Assembly (NCBI GenBank): GCA_001643675.2
Contig: LSRY02000006.1
Coordinates: 1 to 64,000, forward strand
From: Monocercomonoides exilis PA203
Lineage: Eukaryota > Protista > Preaxostyla
Length of the DNA: 64,000 bases
Direction: 5' to 3'
A program made the position numbers and the translations under genes. Of this stretch, positions 9,270-21,277 are shown in pieces (position 1 is the stretch's first letter; every line of letters begins with the position of its first letter). The notes below the pieces were generated by a model that saw only the letters and a program-made list of their open reading frames with translations, was not told the DNA's origin and made no database searches.

Positions 9270-11035
9270 TTTGTTCCAGCCTTCCAGCTCTTAAGCCTGG
9301 CGCGCTATCCCCACTTCAATCTTTCCATACGAAATGCCCCTATCAAAACTCACTTTTTCTCACAGTGCTGCTGGAGTGGCCAGAGGAGTGGAGTGGAATG
9401 CCCATGGGAACGTAGTGGCAGAGCATACGCACAAACTCATACCATCAGCTAGCCTGTAAGTTATGACCAATAAAAAGATACAAGGTCAATAACATTGGGG
9501 GGTCCTATATGAAAAAGTCCAAAAATCATACAAAAATGTTAGTATATTGAGTATAGTGAAAAGGGAAGTTGAGCGATAACAATGCAAGTGGGATAGTTGG
9601 ATAGAGTGAGCGAGGAGCTAGACCCTCTATGGCATTTAGAACTTTCCAGCTCTTAAGCCTGGCAAGCTACAAGGGCTGGAACACAAGGGGGTCTGAGTCA
9701 ACTTTCCCTATGAAAAGTGAGTATAATGGCTGCAGTGGAATACACAGGCAGGGCATAGACACTGAATGTGTGCCATATGGTAGGCACAGTGTGTAGGCAT
9801 ATTGCAGTGATATCAGCTTGGCTGTAAGTTATGACCAGTAAAAAGATATGAGAGTGGGAACACAGTGGAGGTCAGTCACTTTTTCTATGAAAAGTTCATG
9901 TATTTTGCCTATGGCTCCAAGGCAAGCTGAGTAATAGGAATACAAGTAGCACAGTTGGATAGAAGGAGAGTGTAGCTAGACCCTTTATAACATTTTCGAG
10001 TCTCGCACTCTCAAGCCTGAGGCACTACAAGGGTTGGTACATAAGGGGTCCCAGTCAATATTTTCACTCAATGAAAATTTTTCATAGGAAAGATAGTAGT
10101 ATATTGAGTGTGGTGGCAAGGGATGACATAGGAGCCCGATGGGAATACTGCCATTGGCTAGGCACAGCGTGCAGCTAGACCCTCTATAACATTTATAACT
10201 TTCCAGCTCTTAACCCTGTGGAGCTACAGGTGTTGTTTCATAAGGGGGTCCTAGTATAACATTTCATTGAAAAGGAGTTTTTCATAGGAAGGATACTAGT
10301 ATATTGAGTGCAGTGTCAAGGGAAGTTGAGCAGTGGCAATGGCGATAGCACCAATGGATAGAGGAAGTGTGGAGCGAGTTTCCCTATGGCATCGAGAACT
10401 TTCCCAGATTCCTGTGTGATTCGCTACAGGCCAGCCAATGAGGGGGGTCCAAGTCACTCAAAAAGTCAATGGAAAATACTCACTTTTTCTGGCACTGCCC
10501 TCAGCCCAGCCACAGCCCACCAGCCGAATGTATGCCACATTGTCCCTGCAGGGCATGTCCACCCCACAGCACCATTGGCATGTCTGTAAGTTATGACCGA
10601 TCAAAAGATATGGCTCGTTGAAGCCAAGGGGTCCCCTATGAAAAAAGAACCATTTTCATTCAAAGATGTCAGTATATTGAGTATAGTGAAAAGGGATATG
10701 GACCGAGGGCAAAGATATTACTACCATTGGATACTCGAAGAGCACAGCTACTTGCCCTATGGCATCTAGAACTTTCCAGCTCTTAAAGGTAATTCCCTAT
10801 GACCCATGGAATATTCAGGGTCCATAGCATAAAACATCATTGAGAAAGGGTTTTTCATAGGAAAGATATGAGTATTTGGTGTGTAACTTCAGTGCATTAC
10901 AACTGAGCTGAATGAGATTACCACCATTGTGTAGAGCGAGTGTGCAGCGAGACCCTCTATGGCAACGAGAAGTTTCGCTGACTTGCCCCTGAGGCGCTAT
11001 GAGTCTGTGAACATGAGGGGTCCACAGTGTATTTT
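9270..11035. repeat. rDNA intergenic-spacer sub-repeat array (~200 and ~360 bp units)
   Basis: The core GCTAGACCCTCTATGGCA..AACTTTCCAGCTCTTAAGCCTG recurs near 9281, 9616, 9976, 10174, 10381, 10746 and 10947. AGTATATTGAGT recurs at ~9541, 10098, 10298 and 10671. CTGTAAGTTATGACC recurs at ~9454, 9823, 10584 and 11702. Confidence 0.85.
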
Positions 11036-11039
11036 TCAT

Positions 11040-11345
11040 AGAGAAATTTCATTGACAAAATTTTCTAGTATCAAAAACCTCAAAATACACTACGCCGAGG
11101 TCTTCGAAGTGTAGTGTAATTTGGTCACTTTTCCTAGGAGCTCAAATTTCTAGTATCAAATTCATCCTTATTACACTACGCCACGAAAACCTCGGCGTAG
11201 TGTAATTTTCCCTTTTTTTTGTATCAAAGCAGATTTTTCAGTCACCTCATTTTCATAGTGTATTTCTAGTATCAAAAGTCACAAAAATAGAGGAAACCTG
11301 AGTGTAGTAAAGTTGAGTCTATGAGTTTTTCGAAAAAGATGGATT
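11040..11345. repeat. Right arm of spacer inverted repeat, with 13-bp palindromic site
   Basis: Reverse complement of the 8955-9180 motifs. ATTACACTACGCC-N11-GGCGTAGTGTAAT at 11170-11206. Confidence 0.75.
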
Positions 11346-14300
11346 TTCTGGTCTGGGCACCCAGGGTCTTTAACCATATTTGAGGTTTTTTCAATGAAAG
11401 TGACTGAACAAAACCCAGTGCACAGCCCACCCAGCCGGCCCGGCCCACAGCCCACAAACCAGACCCCGCCTGCTGCACAGCCCTGGTCCCCCGCTACACC
11501 GTCACTTTTGTTTCTGGAGCTCTCCCTCCAACACCTGAGGAGATACGTTCGTTGAAAGAGAGGGGGTCCCTCAATGCCTGGCCCAGTCATTTTTCACTCA
11601 CTTTTTCTCACACCACCGCCCAGCCAGCCAGCCCAGCCAGACTCCCACCACCCAGCCTTGTAGCCACTGCCCACACGCCCGCTCTGCCCACATCAGCCAA
11701 GCTGTAAGTTATGACCGATAAAAAGATACACCCCAATGAAGATGGTTTTCCAGTCAGTTTTCCCAGTGAAAAAAGTGAGTGTCTGACCCACCCAGCCAGA
11801 AGGATCCAGAGGCGCCCAGCAGCACCCTGCCCAGCGTGCAGCCACTGTCTGTACGCACACTGTCACTTTTGTTTCTGGAGCTCTGGCTCTCACCAGTAAA
11901 GCTCCATGACCCTTCCAACATACCACCCTCAGTCACTTTTTCTGAGTGAAGAAATACAGTATATGTGGAATAGAGCCAGGCCAAGCCACAGGGCCTGCCC
12001 AGCCATAGGCCCAGCACATAGCCCGCCTCACTTGCTACTTGCCCTGTGGCCTTTGCCAGCCCTGCCCATCGGCCCTTCCACAGATATCCTCCACTCAACT
12101 CCTTTTTCAGTCAAACTCAAATTGAGTCTGTGAGTTTTTCGAAAAAGATGGCACTTCGAGGTCGGGTAGTCAATATTACATAGAAAAATTGCATAGAAAA
12201 AATTCAATTTTCATAGAAAAAAATTATTGCTGACATGGTAACTTGGCAACCACTGGACAGATATCTTAGCAATTACACCACATCCTACCCCCACTAACAT
12301 TCCCCAACATATCCCTCTACCTCCGGTCACTTGCCCTCCCTTCACTCTCCACAGCTCTCACAAGTCAATACCCCCAAGTCATTTTTCTGTGTGGAAAATC
12401 AACACTGAACTCAAAACAACTAGCCGCTCGGATTTCTCAGCAACCACTGGGCCGATCGAAACGCCGTTTGGCCACATCCGGGCATGGGTTACTGTGCCGG
12501 TCATATGTGTTTCGATTCAGCCACTTGCCCCTGGTTCGCTCTCTGTGACTTCACCAACCAGGCACCCCCAGTCAAAGTCAAATAACTTATTTCTTTTCTG
12601 GACAGCCTGACAGACCCCCGCCACCAGCACCCATATGCATGCTATTACCGCACTATATGCACATATATCATATATTAATATCAAATTTATCTGGCCATTA
12701 CTTCTGGAGTTATACTCGATTTACCTCAAAAATGACCATTTTCACTCAAAAATTCGATTATAACTCAAAAACTACAAATAAGTGTATCCAACCAAAAATC
12801 ACCAATATGCAACATTACAACGCATAATCATCCATATAATCATATTTTATATCTGCTTTGAAATTTTCGAGAAAAAAAATTTTTTTCGATTTTTCAGTCA
12901 AAATCGCCAACTTGTCCGCACTGCCCTGCCACAACCGCTCGGTAGAAAAAATTTAGATTCGAGTATGTTTATAAGGGGCCCACGTCCTTGCCACCTGCCA
13001 ATTGTCAAAGGAATCTGAGACCCCATATTTTTCGGTCGTTGATCTTTGATCACCACTTTTTCAGTCAAAATCTTCATATCACATTTTCTCACTAACCAGA
13101 CCAATCTGGCCCGAGAAAAAAATTCAGCGGACTATTCGCGAATTATCCGAACTTTTTGTGTTTTCATAAGTTTCGATCACAACTTTCATAAAAACCGATT
13201 TTCACCAATTTTGCAATTTTTCTGACTAACTTGAGCTAAATTCAACTTAATCAGAAAAAATGAAAAATTTCACATTTTTCGAATTTTTGACCCTGACTTC
13301 AAAAATTCACAAATGGTCCAACTAACACTCTGGCAAAGTCTCACGACTTAGAAAAATTTATTTATCGAGATATTTAAATTTCTTTTTCCAAAATTTTGAC
13401 TGAAAATAATTTAATTAACATATCATTCCATAAATTGAATCAATTAATTTCTGATTTTAATACCAATCAATTCCTCTCATATCATTACCTATATACGTAA
13501 CTTTTCATCAGCCACTAATTCCCACTTCTTATGAAAAAAATATTTTTTTAAAAAAATGTTTGATCTAGATCAAAACCATTTTTCTATGTTAAGAATTCGA
13601 CTTCTCAAAAACAGTTTGTTACCAATCTCACTATACACCATTACATTCCCCACCCCTCATAACCTATCCAAAATATTATTTTCAAATTAATCTGTCCATG
13701 GAATAAAAAGAAAAATATTAATTAAGATAAAAAATTATGGAAAAAAAATTATTTCATAAGAGGATTGCTTTCAATATTAAAAATAAAAATAACAGATAGA
13801 TATTATATGATTACTATTTATTTGATAATAAAATTGAGATGGAATGAAAGTTACAAAAAAAATAAAAAAATTAATTTTTTTTCGAAAAAAGAGTGATAAA
13901 ATGAAAATATTTTTTTATCTTCAAAATTGATGGACAGATTAACACCAAAAAAATATATAATACACAATATCATATTAACATTATAAATGAATTTTTTCAA
14001 TAGAAAGAAAAAGTCAGTTGTTGAGAAAAAAAAATATTACAAAAAATGAAAAAAATTAAAAAAATTTTAACATTTTAAAGAACAGTTGAATTCAATTGGT
14101 TTTCATATATAATACAATAAATATAATGTAGATGATAATAATGAATAAGAACATTGATATTGATGGTTGGTTCTGAGCAAACAAAAAAGGATCTTATTTT
14201 TGTTGATATTTCAGAATTGTTATTTTCATTATTATTCAACCACAACTATCAATATTCTAACAATTATATCATCGCAATTAATATTATTATATTATACATC

Positions 14301-15015
14301 TTCCATCCAATTTTCATCAAAAATAAAAAAGCAAAAAAATTTTATAAAAAAATATACAAAGTTTGAAAAAACTTAACTTGATGATTACTTGAGGTATACT
14401 CATCAGATTTTAATGAAAATTATATCTAAATATAAGTTAGAGATTATTCTTCATATTACAATTTATCAGAAAAAAGTTTCATTTTTTTATAAAAAATTAA
14501 TACAAAAATATCGATTTTCTCAATAGAAAATGACCACCTTTTTTGACTGTTTTTCAAAATTTTCTCGCTAACCGCGAGGTCAGTGTCACATCATCTCGCG
14601 CTACTACTCCTGTAGCGCTCGCTGGATGAAATCTGCGCACATAAAATCTGCGCGCAGATATTCATCCATCTCGCGAAAAAAGAAGAAAAAGAGTTAAAAG
14701 TTAATAATGAAAAGAAAGTTGTTTAATTAATAATTTTTGAGGGGGAAGGGCAAAAATTTTCAATGAAAATTTGAAAACCCTCAAATTTGTATATCATAAG
14801 AGGAACAGTTTGGTGGGGTCAAATCAAAGAAAGAATCACTTTTGAGGATGAAAAAGAGTCCCACCCAATGGCCGACGCGCCACACGGCAAAAGTTCGGTC
14901 GCTTTCGCTCCCCACACTTTTGCCGCGTTTGTCGCGCGGCCCCCCACCCCACGTGGTGGTTTCTTCCTTATTCCTTTATTTTTTTCCCCTTTTCTATTTT
15001 TTTCAATTTTTTAGA

Positions 15016-15385
15016 GGTCAGAAACTTTTTTTGAAAGAGTCATTTTTTTCACCCCGAAAATTGACTTCTTTGACTCAAAAAACTTCAAAGTTCTTCAATG
15101 AATATTAACCAAAATGGAGGATCTATTTGATTAATGTCATCACATTGAAACCATTGAAGAAGTCCCTTTCCACTCTTTTATTGGAGTCAGAAACTTTTTT
15201 CTTTAGGTTAAAAATTTGACTTTTTGATTCAATTTTTTGATTCAAATAACTTCAAAGGAATGCTAAATTAACCAATATGATTAACATCATCATCTTTTTG
15301 AAGATGTTTCTTTCAACTCCTTTTAAGGAAGAATAGAAACTTATTTTTTGAAATCATCAATTTTTGACTCAAAAAAGTTTCATCC
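15016..15385. repeat. Degenerate ~150-170 bp tandem repeat, about 2.3 copies
   Basis: AGAAACTT...TTTGA(C/T)TCAA...CTTCAAAG...TTAACCAA blocks recur near 15016, 15185 and 15334. Confidence 0.55.
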
Positions 15386-16157
15386 TTTATGACTTTTTCC
15401 CACATTGGATTCCCTCAAATTTCCATTTATTTTTTCCTTTCCCAAAAAAAACAATTTTTGTGGGGGGTAGTACTTCATTCATGGTATTATTAAGGCTTTC
15501 CAATCATCCGTCCTTAAAGTTTTTTTTCAATGTTTTTATATTCAATCATTCATACGTTTTCAACCTGAAAAGAGAATATCTATGAATTTTAAAACATTTA
15601 CTTGTGGGGAGGGTTGATAGACGGACTTTTTTTTAATCAATGACTTAATCAAAAAATAAAATATCGGACAATATTCAGAGTTAAGCCTCAGTAAATCGTG
15701 CAAACAAAACACTCTGAGACGCACAGCCCTCTGATAACATGGATTCGTCTAATCCGTCCTTCTCAGGCATGACCCCTTTATCAATACTCTCATTTATCTT
15801 TACAATAGCCAGGCAAAATAATTGAACAAAATTCAAGTTCTTATATAAAAAAAAGAATTTTCTCTGCAACATGTTATAAATGGTGATAAACCATGCAATA
15901 TTAAGCCTGGGTGACTGACTGACTTTGACTTGGAAAAAAGCGAAATTTGACTGACGCGATGGAAAAAAATCACGTCATTTCATAATGTGGTTTTTTATAT
16001 AGAATAATTGCACATTAGTATGGTAACAATTTTTTGTTTATATTTATTTCATGAAAATTAACAAATTTTGAAAAAAGTTTTTTAATTGAAATTAAAAACT
16101 TTATTAATAATGGGGAACTGACGGCACTGACGGAGATGGATTATTTTGATCAAAAAA

Positions 16158-19100
16158 ATGTCAATGATGTCAGTGACCGGCAGCGCCTTGGAAGAAAGCA
16201 CTATGGGTGAAGAACGAATTTCACTTGAAGAAGGATTGAAAAATAGCCTTTCAAATATTTTCATCGTTTGGTATTCTTTTTCGAATCACTTTGAAAGTTG
16301 AATTTTTTTCTTTAGGCAAATGCTTTCGAAAAAAAGATGGAAGAGTTGAAAAAAGCTCATTGTCAATTAGTAAAGCTCGAAAAATATGGAAATTCAAAAT
16401 CCGGTCCAGGTTTTGTTCTGTGTTTTTCAAATTTTAATCATTTTTTTATTTCATTTATCCTGAGTGTTTAAGCATCCCAAAAAAAATGACGAATATTTAT
16501 CAAAAATATACTTTGAAATTGTGAATAACAATTTATGGATTTCTTACTCAAAAGTTGACGAGCATGGAGCTACAAAGAATGATTGTCACAGGTATTTCAT
16601 GTGCCCAAATTCAAAAGACGGTTTTCCTTGTGGTGTGTCAGGAAGAAAATCATATCCAAATATCATCAAACATAATTGTCAATTATTAAAACATCAACAA
16701 ATATCAACATTATTAAAGCAGCGACAACAACTTGCACTTCACAGCGAAATTGAAAAATCAAATTATGAAAAAGCAACAATTACATGTGAGCTTGAAGATC
16801 TATTTGTCAAAATGATTTGCAAATGCAACGTTTCATTTTCATCAGTATCGTCAGATGAAATGAACACATTTTTATCATCATTAATGCGTAATAGTCGAGA
16901 AAATTCATCTTTATCACAAACTTCGATTTTCCCATATCTTACAAGAAAAAAAGTTTCTCAGATGGTTTTGAAAAGCAAAACAACAACAAAGCTTGAAAGA
17001 ATCAAATCAATAACAAATAAATGCGTTTGCGTTTTGCTAGACGGTGGATCAGCTGGAAATGTTTCGTACACTGTTGTTTCTGTTGCTTCTCTTTCATTAA
17101 AGTCATCTCCATTTTTTTGGGGCCTATATCCTTGTTGTTATTCAACTGATGAATACTCTGATATTCTGAAAAATATCATCTCAGAATTCCAGTCGTTTGA
17201 TGTAACAATAAGAAGTTTTTGTGCAGACGGGTTTTCTGCACAAAAAAAGGCAATAGAAAAATTATCAAACGCTCATTCTGAAGAAAGCGCATTTGTCGAA
17301 CATAAATTTGTTATTAAACCTGTATACATCTATTGTTGCAGCCATTTAACTAATCTTGTCATAAGTTCCTGTTTCAGCAAAGTGCCTTTTCTTCTTGAAA
17401 TCAAAAAGAAAATTTTGCAATTTGCTCAATTAGCCCATAGTAAATCCGTCAGACATTTATTGAAAAAAACAGCTCCTTCGTTCATTGTCACAAGGTGGTA
17501 CAGTTTGTTCAATTTATGTTCCTTTATTCGAAAAAAGCGCCAAATTATTGAGAAAGAAAAATGGATTTCAAAAGAAGACTTAATTGACATCATTAAAGCT
17601 GAACTTATTCTTCTTCCTTTGGTTAAGTTTCATCTTCATTTGGAAAGCAATAAAACAAAACTTTGTCACGTTTTCCCGTTTATTCAACGAATTATTGGTT
17701 TTTCCATTGGAATGACAAGGCATCCATTATTTTCTGAAGAGAAATGGAATAATGCAATTTCTAATATTCTTATCCAAATACATAATTATTTTTTAATAGG
17801 CTCTCGAGGTGAATTCATTTCTTTATCGTTCGCTGTGACTCCAATTGGCATGGAATTATACAGAACACAACAGTTTTCGAACGAATTCATCAATTATTCA
17901 AGATTTTTCGATAGATTTTCTTCAGCTATTCAATCAACAAATACAGGATCAAAAGAAAATCAGAGCATTCACGAACATCAATTTATAACTCATTCTTTAG
18001 ACATTTCTGCTGATTCGTTGTTGCGGTGTCATTATTCAACATTTTATGCTGTGTCTAAACCTTTCGAATTTCCAAAGGACAAATCAATTTTATGTAGGGA
18101 GGCGCAAATTCATGCCATTCATAATTTATGTGATGACAAATATTCAAAAAAAATGGGGTTTACGACTGTCTCGAATTTATTCTCTGAACGAACAACAAAA
18201 GATTTTAACAAAAACGAACAATTATTTTCTGATGAATTCGAACAAATAATTAATGATTTGAATAATTTCACAGAAGTAAAGGATTCTTCTGAAGGGGTTC
18301 AGGAAGCCCAAAAGTTTGAGACAGAATTAGAGAATGAATCGGAAGACGAGTTCAATTTGCAAGAGGCTGAAGACGAAGCAGTGAACGATTTGTTTGAATT
18401 ATTTCCCCACAGCAACCATCAACTTTCAGAAGTTCCACAATTAAGATCTTCTCACTTTTCTTCTTGTTCATCGTATTCATCTTTATCTCCATATCACTCT
18501 TCTTCTTCGGATAATCACATAATGATTGATGAAGCAATTTCAACTGATTCTCAAACAAAGAAAGAACGAAAACAGAACTCAACGGACATGGACGAAGACA
18601 CAGAATGGCATGCATGCATGAATGAAGATGATCATGATGACTTTTCTGACAGCAGCAACATTGAAAATGATAAAGATGATGTGGAAATTCTTTTTTCGAC
18701 AAAAAAGAAATCAATAATTGTGGAATATTCGTATATAAAAGAGAGAGAGTCAAATCAGATGATTGAAAGAATGATATTGACGGATTGGTTTCCTCGATTG
18801 TCATCAGCATTTATTAAATACTGCACTAAGACCATTGGAAATATAGACAACAAAATAATTGAAGGATGCGGTATGTTATTTCAACGATTCATGAAAAGCA
18901 GCTCATCTGAAGTCGTTGAGGAAGATGCAAAAATATTTTATAACGCTTTTTCTTCATATGGAGATCTGCAAACCGTCTATTCTGGGCTTTGTCTTGCGCT
19001 TATAACTTCACCTTGCAGCGAAGCTTGCTGCGAAAGAGCCATTTCCAAAATAAAAAACATTATTGGAGAAAAGAGATATTCCTTAAGCATGCATTCGTTG

Positions 19101-19268
19101 GAAGCACTTCTACAAGTTTGTTTCTTTTTTTGCTATAAACTTTTTCATGTATTCAAATTCGCAAAATATGTTTGTCTGAAAGGAATGATGAAAACTATGT
19201 TTAATTCTCTTTCGATTTATTTTTTCAAGAATAAGAACATAGAACATTCATTTTCTTCTTGTTTTTGA
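16158..19268 (+). CDS. hAT transposase (spliced)
   Basis: Motifs: VLLDGG (D1), FCADG (D2), CCSH (CxxH), TRWYS, and PCSEACCERAISKIKNII (catalytic E and dimerisation domain). Predicted upstream exons 16158-16265 and 16316-16409 splice in frame to 16465 (atypical GAG acceptor). The 3' end after EALLQ may be spliced. Confidence 0.9.
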
Positions 19269-20240
19269 ATAATGAAACTGTGAAGAGGCAAAATATCAGA
19301 ATATCGATTATTATTTGAAAATGCACAAGAATGTTTTATTTTTTCACAGAGTATTTTCACTTCTTGCTTAACAGACATTCGTTCTTTGAAATTTTTATTC
19401 ATTTCTGCTTCCTTCATGTAACTGACAGGTCATTGATTGCAATCACTTTATTCGATTGAAAATTTTTTGAAAAAGCTAAAACGAAAAGTTCTTTTTTTTC
19501 TAAAACAATCATTTTTTCTATGGCTTCTCAAGGGACGTTGATTATTTTAAGCTTTGGATGGCATTCTTCGAATCAACTAAACAGCCAAAGAATTAATTCG
19601 ATAGATTCAATTTCTTCCTATCATTATCTGCATTTATGTCTATCTTTTTTTCCTTTATATTCATGCAACTTATCATAAGCTGTTTTTTTGATCAGCTTTG
19701 GCTTTGTGTTTTCCTTGCAAATGCAGAAAATAGACGATGATTTGACTGATTTGAGGGATGAGCCTTTCCATTTGTCAAAAAAATAATCCATTGTTCCTAA
19801 AATCTGTTCGACAGAAGCATCCGCGGTTGCCCCCTTCGACATATCTGTTGCTGAGATCGATGATAATTAGAGAAGATTAATGATTGTTCCATCGAAAGTG
19901 GCTGCTGTGTCTGTCCCTTTCATTCAGCTGTCGCTGCTGCAGTCGTGGGAACTGCAAACGTTGTAGGGATATGTTGTGGCTCGGCGGGCGGTGCTGTATG
20001 GTGGTGTTGTGTGTGCACACGATGTGGCGCTTTCAGCGATGCTTTCGGTTCCGCTGGTGGCACCGCTTCCGTCGCTTGCAGCGTCGATGGGCACGAAGTC
20101 GGGGATCAAGCGGATCTTTGCAGCGCCAGACGTGAATGCTTTCCCGTCGATCTACGATCAGTTTGACCCTTCGCTGCAGATATGGCGATCGCAACAGTCG
20201 AGGCGTGTGGAGGTGAAGCTGGATGACGAAGTGACGAAGT

Positions 20241-21277
20241 GATGGAGAAAGAGGATGAAGTGTGAGAAGAAGGGGAGATTGTGGAGAAAGGGTTGGATGT
20301 GGCGGGGCTGAGGATAGAGGATGTGGTTCTGTTACCAGCAGCGATTGCGCTGGCTGTGTTTGAGGAGCGGGAAGATGCAGAGGAAGGAGAAAGGAGAGGC
20401 AAATAGGGAGAAGAAAAGGAAGAAGAAGAGGGAAAAGAGGATGGAGGGAGAGAAGGAGGAGATGGGAACGAGGAGAAAAACGGGTATCCGACAGCGCACA
20501 GAGAGTTTGTGGAGAGAATCAAAAAGAACCAGGGGAAGTTGGAAGAAGCGATAGCGCAGCTGGTTGTGGAGGCGCTTGGGCTGGGAAGGCTGAGGTTAGT
20601 GAAGGCGGAGAGAGAGGCAGACAAGTTGCATCAATATGTGCTGAAGTGCGCAAAAGTTCGTCAGCTGATGGTATCCAACAGGAGAACAGGAGAACGGAAG
20701 AAGCGCAGCAGATTGATCATTAGGGCATAACTTCAGACTGAAGTTCAGATGGAGCGGGGAAAGATGAGAAACAGGTGGAAATGCCCACAAATGATTTGGC
20801 AACAAATGAGGAGTTGGAGAAAGAGGGAAGTTCGATAGATTTGGAGAAAGAAGAGAAGGAGAAGGAGGAGGAGAAGAAGAAGAAGGTTTGTGAGATGAAG
20901 AAGATGAAGAAGAGGAAGAAGAAGAAATTAAACAAGGGGAAGTGGAAGAGGAGGAAGAAGGAGAGGGAGAAGGAGAGGAACAGATTCAAGATGAGGAATC
21001 TCCACATTTGAAGTTATTGAAGCTGATTGACGAGAGTGCATTTGGGAGATAGTAGGACGATCTTGTGATGATGACGGTGATGGGGCAGCTGGTGGATCTG
21101 TGTGACGAGCAGGAGCTGATTGTGATGAAGCCAGTTGTGGAAGTGATATTACAACCTGACAGGACAATAAGCATCACGTTTATAAGGGAGAGGCTGTTTG
21201 GGAGGAGAGAGAAGAGAAGAGAACGGTATGGAGGTGTGTATTTGACATCGGATGGGGCATGGCTGCTTAAAAAATAA
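20241..21277 (+). pseudogene. Degenerate captured coding fragment inside the hAT element
   Basis: Purine-rich protein-like frame (MEKEDEV*EEGEIVEKGLDVAGLRIEDVVLLPAAIALAVFEERE...GK*GEE...LIIRA*) with in-frame stops. GC content is higher than in the flanks. Confidence 0.5.

Noticed and set aside
9292-9662. TAAGCCTGG in spacer repeats matches the first 9 nt of the hAT TIR
   Set aside because: Short match with no partner TIR or TSD; probably coincidence.
9270-11035. CRISPR-like reading of the recurring spacer motifs
   Set aside because: Units are 200-360 bp and degenerate, with no unique spacers and no cas genes, in a eukaryotic context.
9194-13104. Short ORFs in the rDNA spacer
   Set aside because: They arise from repeats, show no protein motifs and mostly use non-ATG starts.
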